Source: a bacterium (lineage in GTDB: Bacteria; UBA8248). Taken from it: DNA of 64,000 nt. Every line of letters starts with the position of its first letter. The first letter of the stretch is position 1. The stretch is taken from contig OZ241875.1 of assembly GCA_965203325.1 (NCBI GenBank), forward strand, positions 4,224,001-4,288,000, written 5' to 3'. The notes below the pieces were generated by a model, which saw nothing but the letters and a program-made list of their open reading frames with translations, did not search any database and was not told the origin of the DNA. Below, in pieces: positions 19,270 through 29,388 of this stretch. Position numbers and translations under genes: made by a program.

Positions 19270-19460
19270 CGGGTTTCACACCCCACGCAGCGGGCTGCTG
19301 GATGCAGGCCAGTCGTGCGCCAGGCATGGCGTTCCTTGCGCAAACGCCCTCAAATACCGCCCCGCCTTCGCTGGGAGAGCGTGTTACGACGTAACACGCC
19401 CATATCTCATTGAATTCCTTGAGCCTCATAAAAAGCGTATGCTCATGGCATACGCTGGGC
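19270..19460 (-). other. Origin of transfer (oriT), MOBF-type nic site
   Basis: Minus strand TGCGTGGGGTGT^G at 19289-19277 equals the F nic core; perfect IRs at 19379-19399 and 19434-19456; lies between leading genes and an RHH gene. Confidence 0.75.
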
Positions 19461-19591
19461 ATAGTATTTCCCAGGCATGTGTGCTATGAGCTTACAAATG
19501 AATCTGTGCCCAGAGCGACCGGATTTTATTTGTAAATGCAACGATACCGGCGATTTCCCGGCCAATAAATCGAACCATTGGAGGCAAAAAC

Positions 19592-19975
19592 ATGACCGAA
19601 AACCATTCCGTCACCGGCGATTCCAGCGAGAATTCCGACGAAAAACATGGCGAATCGCGTTCGCCACGCTCGATCCGGTTCTCCGATTCCGAGTGGACTT
19701 CCATTGAAAAGGAGGCCAGGGAGCGCGGAATGACGGCCGCAGAACTCGTTCGCCATGCCGCATTGGGTTTCGCTACGGGCAAGCTGACCGCAAATTCTAC
19801 GGGGTTTCCACCTGAAATCGCAGCCCAGATCGAGCGGATCTATCGCGGGGTTTACCTTCTTTCCACGCTGAAGCGGGATGAATTGGTGCGGGAAGGACGC
19901 GAGAATGAACTCGACCGAACCATAAAAGACGCCCGCGAGTCACAGGATTCCATTATGGAAAATGCTTCCGAATGA
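19592..19975 (+). CDS. Ribbon-helix-helix relaxosome accessory protein (TrwA/MobC-like)
   Basis: PRSIRFSDSEWTSIEKEARERGMTAAELVRHAA is an RHH pattern; adjacent to oriT. Confidence 0.7.
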   Translation: MTENHSVTGDSSENSDEKHGESRSPRSIRFSDSEWTSIEKEARERGMTAAELVRHAALGFATGKLTANSTGFPPEIAAQIERIYRGVYLLSTLKRDELVREGRENELDRTIKDARESQDSIMENASE

Positions 19976-20223
19976 GTTTTTCAAGAGCAGATTTTCTCCT
20001 CCACCGTAACGCAAAACATGATCAGGCGATCGGAAAGAAATGGGGTTTTATTCTTTTTTACATTTTCTTCGGGGCTGCTTCGGGGGGAGATACTCTAATT
20101 TAGTGCAAGCTTTCTCGAAATCAACTTAAATGACGTTGACGCCGACACTTCTATAGAACGGTCATTGCCAGATATACACTTCCAACAATCAGGCTGTCCT
20201 TCACAACCGCGTTATATCTGGCA

Positions 20224-20350
20224 ACAAATAACCCCCGGAGAGGCCGAGGCATCGCGAGGGTTGAATCGTTTCCCCGTTCGGGGAATTGCCTGCGAAGCTT
20301 TGCTTCTTGTTATGGAAAGCAACCAGGCATCGATCAGCTAAAATCTGTTA
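20224..20350 (-). ncRNA. tracrRNA
   Basis: 36-nt anti-repeat 20309-20344 (first 21 nt identical to the repeat, remainder partly G:U-compatible), followed on the minus strand by AAG, a GAAGC-AAA-GCTTC nexus-like hairpin and two further hairpins; possible promoter TTGACT-17-TATCAG upstream. Confidence 0.9.
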
Positions 20351-20395
20351 TCCTGATACCTTATTTTTGCGATACAGTCAACGAGGAGATTCATC

Positions 20396-23362
20396 ATGCG
20401 TCAACTCATCTTGGGTCTCGACTTGGGCCCGAACTCCATTGGCTGGGCGCTCGTTGAAGAAGACGACTCCGGCCCCAAGAGCCTGGAAGCCATCGGCGTG
20501 CGTGTTTTTCAAGAAATGGTCGACAGGCAGAAGAAGACACCCAAGAACCACAAGAGGCGCGACGCGCGCCAGGCCCGACGTCAGCGCTCCAGACGGAAGA
20601 TGCGGCGCGATACCCTCCAGAATGAACTCGTCCGTTGCGGGCTTCTGCCGGAGAGCGCCGAAGAACGAGAGGCTCTCTTTCATCGAACCGACCCTTATGA
20701 AATCAGAAAACGGGGACTGGACAATGAACTGGCCCCACACGAACTCGGCCGTGCGATTTTCCATTTGAACCAGAGGCGAGGATTTTTGAGCAACCGCAAG
20801 GTGCGCGATACAAAAGACAAGAAAAAAGAAGACGGCGTTGTCAAACAAGAGATTGGAGAACTCAAGAAGGAAATCTCTGAATCTGGCAGCCGCACGCTGG
20901 GTGAGTTTCTTTCTGACCAACCCAAAAAGAGGAACCGCCGCACGGATCGGAAGATGTACGAGGATGAGTTCGACGTGCTCTGGAAGAAGCAGACGGAGTT
21001 TCACCCGGAACTGCTAACCGATGCACTACGTGCGCGAATGCGCAAAATCCTGTTCTTCCAGCGTCCGCTGAAGCTTCAGAAGGATCTCGTCGGGAAATGC
21101 ACGTTTGAGCCTCACAAGAAAAGGTGTCCGTGGTGCAGGCCCGAAGCCCAGTGGTTCCGGGCGCTTCAGGACGTCAACCATCTCGAAGTCAGGGATCCCG
21201 AATCGGGCGGCTATCGCCCACTACGCCAGGATGAGAGAGAGGAAGTCAAGAAGCAACTTCGCGAGAAGAAGACGCTCACCTGGAACGGTGCCCGCAAGGC
21301 GTTGGGACTTCACTTGGGCGAGACCTTCAACATCGAAGACAGAGGAGAGGGCGGAAAGAAACACCTGATCGGCTCGGTCACGCTTGTGGACGTCCGGAAA
21401 ATCCTTATGAAAAAGACGTGGGAAGCCATGCCTCAAAACGAGCAGGACGAATTTCTGGAAGATTTGTTCAGCATCCAGAAGGAAGAAGCTCTTTTGAAGC
21501 GGTTGGAGGAGCATTGGCAGCTTACCCGCGAGCAGGCGGATGCTCTCTTGAACACGGAGTTTCAGCCGGGCTATGCGAGCCTTTCGCTCAGGGCGATTCG
21601 CAGAATCACACCACATCTGGAAAGAGGGCGGAACTACCACGATGCCTGCCGGGCGGCGGGCTACCAACATGATTACGAAAAGGAAATCGACGCGAACGAC
21701 GTGCTGCCGCCGGCACCCGATATCAGAAACCCCATCGTCCAGAAGGCGCTCAATGAGGTGCGCAGGGTGGTGAACGCCATTATTCGAAAGTACGGCAAGC
21801 CGACCCGCATCCGCGTGGAACTCGCGCGGGATTTAAAACTTGGTCAGAAGCAGAAGGCCAGACTGAATGCGCAGAACAGGAAGAACCGGGACCTGAACGA
21901 AGAGGCGCGCAAGTTGATAGCGGAGGTGGAGGAATTCGACAACGGGGAGAACAGGCTCAGATTCAGACTCTGGAAGGAACAGAAGGGATTGTGTCCCTAC
22001 ACGGGCAGGAGCATCGGCGCGCGCGATATATTCAGCCGCGAATACGAGGTGGATCATATCCTCCCCTATAGCCGGACGCTCGATGACTCCTACATGAACA
22101 AGGTATTATCCTTGGCTTCCGCCAATAGGGATAAAGGTAACAGGACACCCCTGGAATGGATGGGTGGCGACCCGCAGATGCGTCAGCGGATATCCTCGAT
22201 GAAGGACATGCCCTACTCCAAGAGAAGGCGTTTCGATCAGAAAGAAATTAAAACGGATGAATTCATCTCGCGCCAGCTGAACGACACTCGCTACATCAGT
22301 CGAGAGGTGAGCAGCTACCTCAAGGGACTCGGTGCAGACATACAGATCACAACGGGCCAGGCCACGGCTGCGCTTCGCCGCTCCTGGGGGCTGAACGCGA
22401 TTCTGGCTGTCGATTCGGATATGGAGAAAAACCGCGCCGACCACCGCCACCACGCCATCGACGCGCTTGTGGTCGCGCTCACCGACAGAAAACTCTTTTA
22501 TTTTATAGCGAATCTTTCCGCAGAGGTGCGTGAGATTCTGGGCAAGCGTCGTTTTCCCCTGCCGGATCCCTGGCCGGATTTCATGGGAGAAGTGCGCGAG
22601 AAGGTAGAGGCCATCGTCGTCTCGCACCAGCCGCTTCGGAAGATCAGTGGGGCCTTCCACGAGGAAACCGCCTTGGGGCGTATCTCCCACGAGGGGCGGG
22701 ACGTTTTTGTCCGCAGGATTCCACTTGAAGAACTCACGTCGGAAGCGAAAGTAAAGAGAATTGTTGATCGCCGCATTCGAGAACTCGTACAAGAGCGTCT
22801 TGAGGCTCATATTGGAAACGCCAAGGCCGCCTTCGCTAGCCCTCTCTATCTCGAACACTCGCGCAAGGGCGCAGGAAAAACGCAAATCAAAACGGCACGC
22901 GTCGCAGTAGCGGAAAATAAAACTATAGATAGTCTTTACCCAGTAACACGAGAAGGAGAGGAAAAGCCCTTCAAGTATTACGAATTGGGTAACAACCACC
23001 ACATCGAGATCATCGAGCACGTCGAAACCGGCAAGAGGGAAGGCGTAGTCGTCTCGGCCATGGAAGCCGCGCGGCGCGCACGGCGCGAGCGCACACCCAT
23101 CGTCCAGCGCGACCACGGAGAGGCATGGCGGTTCGTGATGTCTCTTTCGATAAACGATCTTGTTAAGCTCGATGCTCCGGTGAACGGCTGCGATCTGTAC
23201 CGCGTTCAAGCAATTTCACCAGGAGACATCAGGTTGCGGGCACATAAGGCCGCAACGATTGATGACGATGCAACGCTTGTAAGAATTAGATCCCTTAAAA
23301 ACCTCAGGGTGAAAAAAATGTCCGTCGATCCCCTGGGCAAACTGGAGACCGCCCATGATTAA
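20396..23362 (+). CDS. cas9: Type II-C CRISPR-associated endonuclease Cas9 (988 aa)
   Basis: RuvC-I LGLDLGPNSIGW, Arg-rich bridge helix, RuvC-II RVELARD, HNH YEVDHILP..NKVL..NRDKGN, RuvC-III HHAIDA. Confidence 0.97.
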   Translation: MRQLILGLDLGPNSIGWALVEEDDSGPKSLEAIGVRVFQEMVDRQKKTPKNHKRRDARQARRQRSRRKMRRDTLQNELVRCGLLPESAEEREALFHRTDPYEIRKRGLDNELAPHELGRAIFHLNQRRGFLSNRKVRDTKDKKKEDGVVKQEIGELKKEISESGSRTLGEFLSDQPKKRNRRTDRKMYEDEFDVLWKKQTEFHPELLTDALRARMRKILFFQRPLKLQKDLVGKCTFEPHKKRCPWCRPEAQWFRALQDVNHLEVRDPESGGYRPLRQDEREEVKKQLREKKTLTWNGARKALGLHLGETFNIEDRGEGGKKHLIGSVTLVDVRKILMKKTWEAMPQNEQDEFLEDLFSIQKEEALLKRLEEHWQLTREQADALLNTEFQPGYASLSLRAIRRITPHLERGRNYHDACRAAGYQHDYEKEIDANDVLPPAPDIRNPIVQKALNEVRRVVNAIIRKYGKPTRIRVELARDLKLGQKQKARLNAQNRKNRDLNEEARKLIAEVEEFDNGENRLRFRLWKEQKGLCPYTGRSIGARDIFSREYEVDHILPYSRTLDDSYMNKVLSLASANRDKGNRTPLEWMGGDPQMRQRISSMKDMPYSKRRRFDQKEIKTDEFISRQLNDTRYISREVSSYLKGLGADIQITTGQATAALRRSWGLNAILAVDSDMEKNRADHRHHAIDALVVALTDRKLFYFIANLSAEVREILGKRRFPLPDPWPDFMGEVREKVEAIVVSHQPLRKISGAFHEETALGRISHEGRDVFVRRIPLEELTSEAKVKRIVDRRIRELVQERLEAHIGNAKAAFASPLYLEHSRKGAGKTQIKTARVAVAENKTIDSLYPVTREGEEKPFKYYELGNNHHIEIIEHVETGKREGVVVSAMEAARRARRERTPIVQRDHGEAWRFVMSLSINDLVKLDAPVNGCDLYRVQAISPGDIRLRAHKAATIDDDATLVRIRSLKNLRVKKMSVDPLGKLETAHD

Positions 23363-24248
23363 ACGTATCGTCGAAATCGGAAGCCCCGCCCGTCTCTCGC
23401 TCAAGAGGAAACAACTCCGGGTCGAGCGAGAGGAATTCGCCGCAGAGTCCCTCCCCGTGGAGGACCTCGGCGTCTTAATTCTGGATCACCCGGCCATCCG
23501 CCCATCCCAGGGACTATTGTCTGAGTGCATGAAGAACAACGTCGCCGTCGTGATGTGCGACGAGAAGCACCTGCCCGCCTCCGTCCTTCTCCCATTGGAC
23601 GGGCACACTCTCCACAGCAAAATCGTGAAGGAACAAGCCGCCGCTACGCCCGGCAGGCTAAGCCGACTTTGGCGAGCCATCGTGCGTGAGAAGATACTCG
23701 CCCAGGCCGATGCGCTCGACGCCTTCGAGGAATACGGCGAACCGCTCAGGGCCATCGCGGGACGCGCGGGGCGGGAAAACCCGGCTCAGGCCGAAGCCCG
23801 CGCCGCCAGGATGTACTGGCCGAGGATGTTCGGCGAGGATTTCAGGCGAAACCGCGCGCTCCCGGGCGTGAACCGCCTCTTGAATTACGGCTACTCCCTT
23901 ATTCGCGCGGCCACGGCAAGAGCGATTGTCGCCTCGGGACTTCACCCCGCCTTCGGCCTGCACCACCACAACCAGTACGACGGCTTTTGCCTTGCGGACG
24001 ACCTGATGGAACCGCTCCGTCCGCTGGTGGACCGCAGGGTACGCCTCATGCGGGACGCGCCGGAGGACTGGGGAGAGGAACTCGAACTGGAAAAAGAGGA
24101 AAAGCGCGAGCTTCTGAGCGTTCTGGCCGAAGAAGTGAGCTTCGGCAGAAGAACCTATCCTCTCCTCACCGCGCTTCAATACTTCGCCGCGGGTGTTCGC
24201 CGCGTGGTATGCGGGGAGGAGAAGGAGACGGAAATTCCCCGGCCATGA
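23355..24248 (+). CDS. cas1: Type II Cas1
   Basis: LPVEDLGVLILD, EARAARMYW, LLNYGY, GLHHHNQYDGFCLADDLMEPLRP. Confidence 0.97.
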   Translation: MIKRIVEIGSPARLSLKRKQLRVEREEFAAESLPVEDLGVLILDHPAIRPSQGLLSECMKNNVAVVMCDEKHLPASVLLPLDGHTLHSKIVKEQAAATPGRLSRLWRAIVREKILAQADALDAFEEYGEPLRAIAGRAGRENPAQAEARAARMYWPRMFGEDFRRNRALPGVNRLLNYGYSLIRAATARAIVASGLHPAFGLHHHNQYDGFCLADDLMEPLRPLVDRRVRLMRDAPEDWGEELELEKEEKRELLSVLAEEVSFGRRTYPLLTALQYFAAGVRRVVCGEEKETEIPRP

Positions 24249-24574
24249 CATTCGGGGGATGGCGTAGCATGTGGCTCATGGTGATGTTTGATTTGCCGAC
24301 CGACACGAAGGCGGCGCGCAAGGCTTACCAGGAGTTTCGAGGCTTTCTGCTCGAAGACGGGTTCACCATGCTTCAATATTCGGTCTACGCCCGGCATTGT
24401 CCGAGTTCCGAGAACGCGGAAGTACACGAAAAACGGATAAATGCCGCTCTACCCCCCGACGGGGAAGTTCGGCTTTTGCTGTTCACCGACAAGCAGTTTT
24501 CGCGGATGAAGATTTTTTACGGAAAGGTACGTAAGGCGACGGAAAAGGCTCCCGAGCAGATCACGCTTTTCTGA
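24245..24574 (+). CDS. cas2: Cas2
   Basis: MWLMVMFDLPT, LLEDGFTMLQYSVYAR; ATGA overlap with cas1. Confidence 0.95.
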   Translation: MTFGGWRSMWLMVMFDLPTDTKAARKAYQEFRGFLLEDGFTMLQYSVYARHCPSSENAEVHEKRINAALPPDGEVRLLLFTDKQFSRMKIFYGKVRKATEKAPEQITLF

Positions 24575-24591
24575 TCTGTACTCGGGAGCCT
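24546..24591 (-). terminator. Hairpin over the cas2 stop; likely terminator for the convergent pre-crRNA
   Basis: AGGCTCCCGAG-CAGATCA...TGATCTG-TA-CTCGGGAGCCT; followed by a short T-run on the minus strand. Confidence 0.6.
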
Positions 24592-24625
24592 AAACCGAAC
24601 CGATTCAACCCCTTGGGGAGAACCA

Positions 24626-27166
24626 ATTTTAGCTGATCGATGCCTGCCCGCAATCCACAACTATGATTGTTGTGCTCTCGTTGTCCAGCGTATTTTAGCT
24701 GATCGATGCCTGCCCGCAATCCACAACTATCTGCTTTTGTGCATTTTAGCTGCCATGATTTTAGCTGATCGATGCCTGCCCGCAATCCACAACATAAACC
24801 CGAGTAACCTAGCAAGGATGTCAATTTTAGCTGATCGATGCCTGCCCGCAATCCACAACGACACTTTGGGAACTTATAAGTGGGTTCAATTTTAGCTGAT
24901 CGATGCCTGCCCGCAATCCACAACAAAAGGTCGGGTTGCCCTTGCTCCCGAGTAATTTTAGCTGATCGATGCCTGCCCGCAATCCACAACTGGCGTGATA
25001 GCGGGGGCGTCCGCAAATCATTTTAGCTGATCGATGCCTGCCCGCAATCCACAACGTATCCTCGGGGAGCGTCCACCTTGAAAATATTTTAGCTGATCGA
25101 TGCCTGCCCGCAATCCACAACCGCTGGTCACGGACTCACTAGGAGGCGGAGATTTTAGCTGATCGATGCCTGCCCGCAATCCACAACGAAAACCTTTCTC
25201 GTCATTTTCGGTGCGCCATTTTAGCTGATCGATGCCTGCCCGCAATCCACAACATGAGTTCCGCGATCCTCTGTCCTCCGTAATTTTAGCTGATCGATGC
25301 CTGCCCGCAATCCACAACTATCGTCGGCCTACTGGCACAGCCGGAAGGATTTTAGCTGATCGATGCCTGCCCGCAATCCACAACCCCCTAGTTAGTCGAA
25401 AAGAACGCGCTAGAATTTTAGCTGATCGATGCCTGCCCGCAATCCACAACCGCGATCTCGCTACAGCCCGCAGGGAACCTATTTTAGCTGATCGATGCCT
25501 GCCCGCAATCCACAACTGAGGCTCTACTAGAGAAGGCAGGACAGGGATTTTAGCTGATCGATGCCTGCCCGCAATCCACAACTTCTTTCAAATGGTTTAC
25601 TATTTTGGTTGCATTTTAGCTGATCGATGCCTGCCCGCAATCCACAACCCAGGAGGGAGAGGGCGAAGAAACGAAAAGATTTTAGCTGATCGATGCCTGC
25701 CCGCAATCCACAACTATGACGAGCTCGACTACGCCTGGGAGGTGATTTTAGCTGATCGATGCCTGCCCGCAATCCACAACCAGAACGCGGTTGCCTGACC
25801 CGCACTTGACATTTTAGCTGATCGATGCCTGCCCGCAATCCACAACTGGTGGGACGACAAGAACATGGAGTTGCAGATTTTAGCTGATCGATGCCTGCCC
25901 GCAATCCACAACGGTCCTCCTGGTGAAAACTGGCGGCTATCGATTTTAGCTGATCGATGCCTGCCCGCAATCCACAACTGGATCCAGACGAAGGACGGCG
26001 ACCCCTCGATTTTAGCTGATCGATGCCTGCCCGCAATCCACAACCGCTACCTCGGCGGCCTGTTGTCGAGCATCATTTTAGCTGATCGATGCCTGCCCGC
26101 AATCCACAACCCGAGATCAACCACTGGCGGCAATCGCTCTATTTTAGCTGATCGATGCCTGCCCGCAATCCACAACTCGAAGGAAGACCGGCTCGGTCAC
26201 GAGGAATTTTAGCTGATCGATGCCTGCCCGCAATCCACAACCCGAGCCGGTCGGCGAACTGGGAATGCGCAATTTTAGCTGATCGATGCCTGCCCGCAAT
26301 CCACAACGGAAGAGAAAGATGCCCTGAAAAAACTGCAATTTTAGCTGATCGATGCCTGCCCGCAATCCACAACGGAGAGGCTTATAGGGTCATCTTCAAG
26401 TCGATTTTAGCTGATCGATGCCTGCCCGCAATCCACAACCTCAGTCTATTCCGAGTCGTGCTCCACTGTATTTTAGCTGATCGATGCCTGCCCGCAATCC
26501 ACAACTACGCTTGCCACGCCGGCTGGTACGCCAACATTTTAGCTGATCGATGCCTGCCCGCAATCCACAACTGTCTCCGGAAGAGGACCTGCTCGCGCGG
26601 GATTTTAGCTGATCGATGCCTGCCCGCAATCCACAACTCTTCGTCGCCCGCGACGCCGGCCGCGACTATTTTAGCTGATCGATGCCTGCCCGCAATCCAC
26701 AACAGGCGGTGGGTTCGGACGCGGACCTGCTCGATTTTAGCTGATCGATGCCTGCCCGCAATCCACAACTCGAATGACGATCTGCTCCGCGTTCTCTTGA
26801 TTTTAGCTGATCGATGCCTGCCCGCAATCCACAACGTCTCGGCTCACGGCTCGGCTGGCATGGTCATTTTAGCTGATCGATGCCTGCCCGCAATCCACAA
26901 CGTCGGCGACTTCCGCAACCATTCCAACATTATTTTAGCTGATCGATGCCTGCCCGCAATCCACAACGAAAGGATGTGTAGGGCCAACTACACCACGATT
27001 TTAGCTGATCGATGCCTGCCCGCAATCCACAACACGACCGCCTGTTCGTTCATGGCGCCCTCCATTTTAGCTGATCGATGCCTGCCCGCAATCCACAACC
27101 GTGAGAGGATGCAGGGGAGCGGCAAGGGGTATTTTAGCTGATCGATGCCTGCCCGCAATCCACAAC
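24626..27166 (-). CRISPR. Type II-C CRISPR array, 39 repeats of 36 nt, 38 spacers of 29-31 nt
   Basis: Repeat (crRNA sense) GTTGTGGATTGCGGGCAGGCATCGATCAGCTAAAAT; orientation inferred from the anti-repeat and the GTT start; no csn2 or cas4. Confidence 0.98.
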
Positions 27167-27245
27167 TCTACCTCAACAAGGCGCACTACCTCACGGACGA
27201 CGAATTTGTCGCGTTCCGTCTGGTGCTCAACGACGCGGAAGCGGA

Positions 27246-27983
27246 TCACCAGGTTGCCGTCGCAGGCACTCCCACCATGAACGCGGAATTAAATGCCCGG
27301 AATCCTTGGAAGTTGATCACAAGGTCATCGGTTTCGGACAAGGGCGTCGACACCTGTTCCAGGCTGGCGCGCAATAGATCCTTCAAACTGTTTTCCGGTT
27401 CTTTCCACGCAACGACATACAACTCCTTTCCGGGTCGTAGCGCTAGCTTCCCGAGTACGAAGTGCGGTAAGTCAACCTGCAATTCCCTGCTGGAATCCAT
27501 GATGAAGAATCCTACGACAACAACTTTCTCCACATGGCCGACGATCAGCAATTCGCCTTTTCCTTTGGCTAGATTTTCCGGGCGCCTGTCCGTAACCCCC
27601 CATGACGGGAATAGGATGCTGAAGGTGGGCACCGCTCCTCGATCGGATATCGGTTCAGTCCATCTGGGTCCGAATCGACTACTTGCGCTGACACGGACCG
27701 CCGTTTCGTCAGTGATGGCAATGTGCTGAGCTCCTGACGTGTGAAGACTAACCTTTTCCGCGTTCGTGACGTCCCGGTTGTAAATGTACGCATCACCTTT
27801 TGGTCCAACCCTCACCCCCCACCGAACCGACAAGCCCGTGTTGCTCATTACCGAGACGTTGACAGGTCCCTCGGTCAAGGGCAATTCGATCTCCGTTCCT
27901 TTGGGACACAATGACAGGACCTGTATCGAGTCATCCTCAAATGAGATCTCGTTCAGGACGGTGACGATTTCTTCCTTCTTCAT
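27246..27983 (-). CDS. Hypothetical protein
   Basis: 245-aa ORF with globular composition; no motif recognised. Confidence 0.65.
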   Translation of the reverse strand: MKKEEIVTVLNEISFEDDSIQVLSLCPKGTEIELPLTEGPVNVSVMSNTGLSVRWGVRVGPKGDAYIYNRDVTNAEKVSLHTSGAQHIAITDETAVRVSASSRFGPRWTEPISDRGAVPTFSILFPSWGVTDRRPENLAKGKGELLIVGHVEKVVVVGFFIMDSSRELQVDLPHFVLGKLALRPGKELYVVAWKEPENSLKDLLRASLEQVSTPLSETDDLVINFQGFRAFNSAFMVGVPATATW

Positions 27984-28477
27984 GGTTATGCCCCCAATGA
28001 GCCTGTTGTGTAACAGGCTGGACTAACGGCCGATCCAGTCCCTCTTAAATGCATACCGATATTGTTCCGATACCGTATCTCTGTGAGATGGCGAAGGGGA
28101 TAAGCCGATCACTACGGATGCGGCTCACCTCGTCTCGATCCAATGGATACGATACGAAGTGGGCGAGAACCGCACAAAGTGTCATACTATGGTCCTGAAG
28201 GCAATGCTGGTTCGTGGTGAGGAACTGCCCGGAACGATGGACGCATTCCAGACAACAGACTGAAAGAGAAAGACTTTCCGTCGATGCTTGGTATCGACGC
28301 TCTCGAAACTCTGTGAATCCCGGATGCGTGGGATTTGAGGAAAAAACATCGCTGGGGTCGAGTGGGCAGTTCTCCCCTACACACCGCTACAGACTAAAAA
28401 CGTTGGCCTCGCAAGAGGTTAAAGGACGGGACGCGTAATGGGGCTTGCTCTGTCGGCGTTCGTGTCCGAAGGCGCCG

Positions 28478-29353
28478 TCAAAAGCCGTAAAAAAGCTTTC
28501 CATACTTCTCAAACAATCTTCCGTTAAGTTTGTCGATAAAGTTCAACACTTCCTCTATGTACGGGTCGTATAGCTCGACTCTTCTTGACCACTCTCGAAA
28601 CGGCAATATGGCAAACGGAAGGATCAGCGAAACGTGACCGACGCTGACGCGAAGCGGTTCGTACAGCGGCGAGTAACCTTTAGCGACGTTCCCGCGCAAG
28701 GAGAAGCTGAGGACATCTTGCCAAGAACCGTGGACAGATTGCGAGAAGGTGCCGTATGCCGCAGCATAGAAGTCTTCGCCCACTACCTCCTTGAATATCT
28801 GATGGAACGTCTTGCCCTGAACGCGCCAGTTGTTTCGAATCTGTTTCTCGAAGCTGTGTTCGTCCAACCCCTCTCGGGCGAGCTTTTCGTTGATCGATCG
28901 TAAGAGCCGGCGCCCAGGTTTGCTGTTATAGTATTCGGACCCGGAAGCCGCTTGTTCGAGCATCTGGAGTCTGTTTCTGTAGGAACAGCGCCGATAGTCT
29001 TCCAACGTCAATTTGTCCGAACGGAGCAGATAGGTAGCAGTGACGGCCACCTCGATGAGCGATCGTTCGGTGATGGCCGCGAACTCCGCGCTGTCCTCCC
29101 TGTAGATCCAGAGGATGAGTTTCAGTAGTTTCCACGTGCGGACGAGCAGGCCGAGTATCGTGGCATCGTCGATAGAGAAGCCCGTCGGGTTCCTTTCGAT
29201 GTTCTTCAGGTGGGAGAGGACGTCGAGAATCTCCGCGACATCCTCGTAAAAGGTCAGCGTCTGTTGGTCCGCCTCCGGCGTGGAGGCAAGGAGCCGCGCA
29301 CGGTAGTCACGGTCGTATTTAGCGAGGATGTCCTGTATCTCGTCCATGCTCAT
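28478..29353 (-). CDS. DUF5677-like (HEPN-related) protein, copy B
   Basis: ERSLIE...ATYL and YGTFSQSVHGSW motifs. Confidence 0.65.
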   Translation of the reverse strand: MSMDEIQDILAKYDRDYRARLLASTPEADQQTLTFYEDVAEILDVLSHLKNIERNPTGFSIDDATILGLLVRTWKLLKLILWIYREDSAEFAAITERSLIEVAVTATYLLRSDKLTLEDYRRCSYRNRLQMLEQAASGSEYYNSKPGRRLLRSINEKLAREGLDEHSFEKQIRNNWRVQGKTFHQIFKEVVGEDFYAAAYGTFSQSVHGSWQDVLSFSLRGNVAKGYSPLYEPLRVSVGHVSLILPFAILPFREWSRRVELYDPYIEEVLNFIDKLNGRLFEKYGKLFYGF

Positions 29354-29388
29354 GTGTTTGCGCGGCCCACTTTGAAGAACGATGTAGC

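Noticed and set aside
24601..24611. CGATTCAACCC shared between the array flank and the tracrRNA body
   Set aside because: Only 11 nt and no mechanism I can support
24743..24752. Spacer 2 contains ATTTTAGCTG, the first 10 nt of the repeat
   Set aside because: Short match with normal spacer length; no other sign of mis-integration
24561..27249. ORFs with ILADRCLPAIHN, CGLRAGIDQLK or WIAGRHRSAK repeats
   Set aside because: Translations of the 66-nt CRISPR period, not genes
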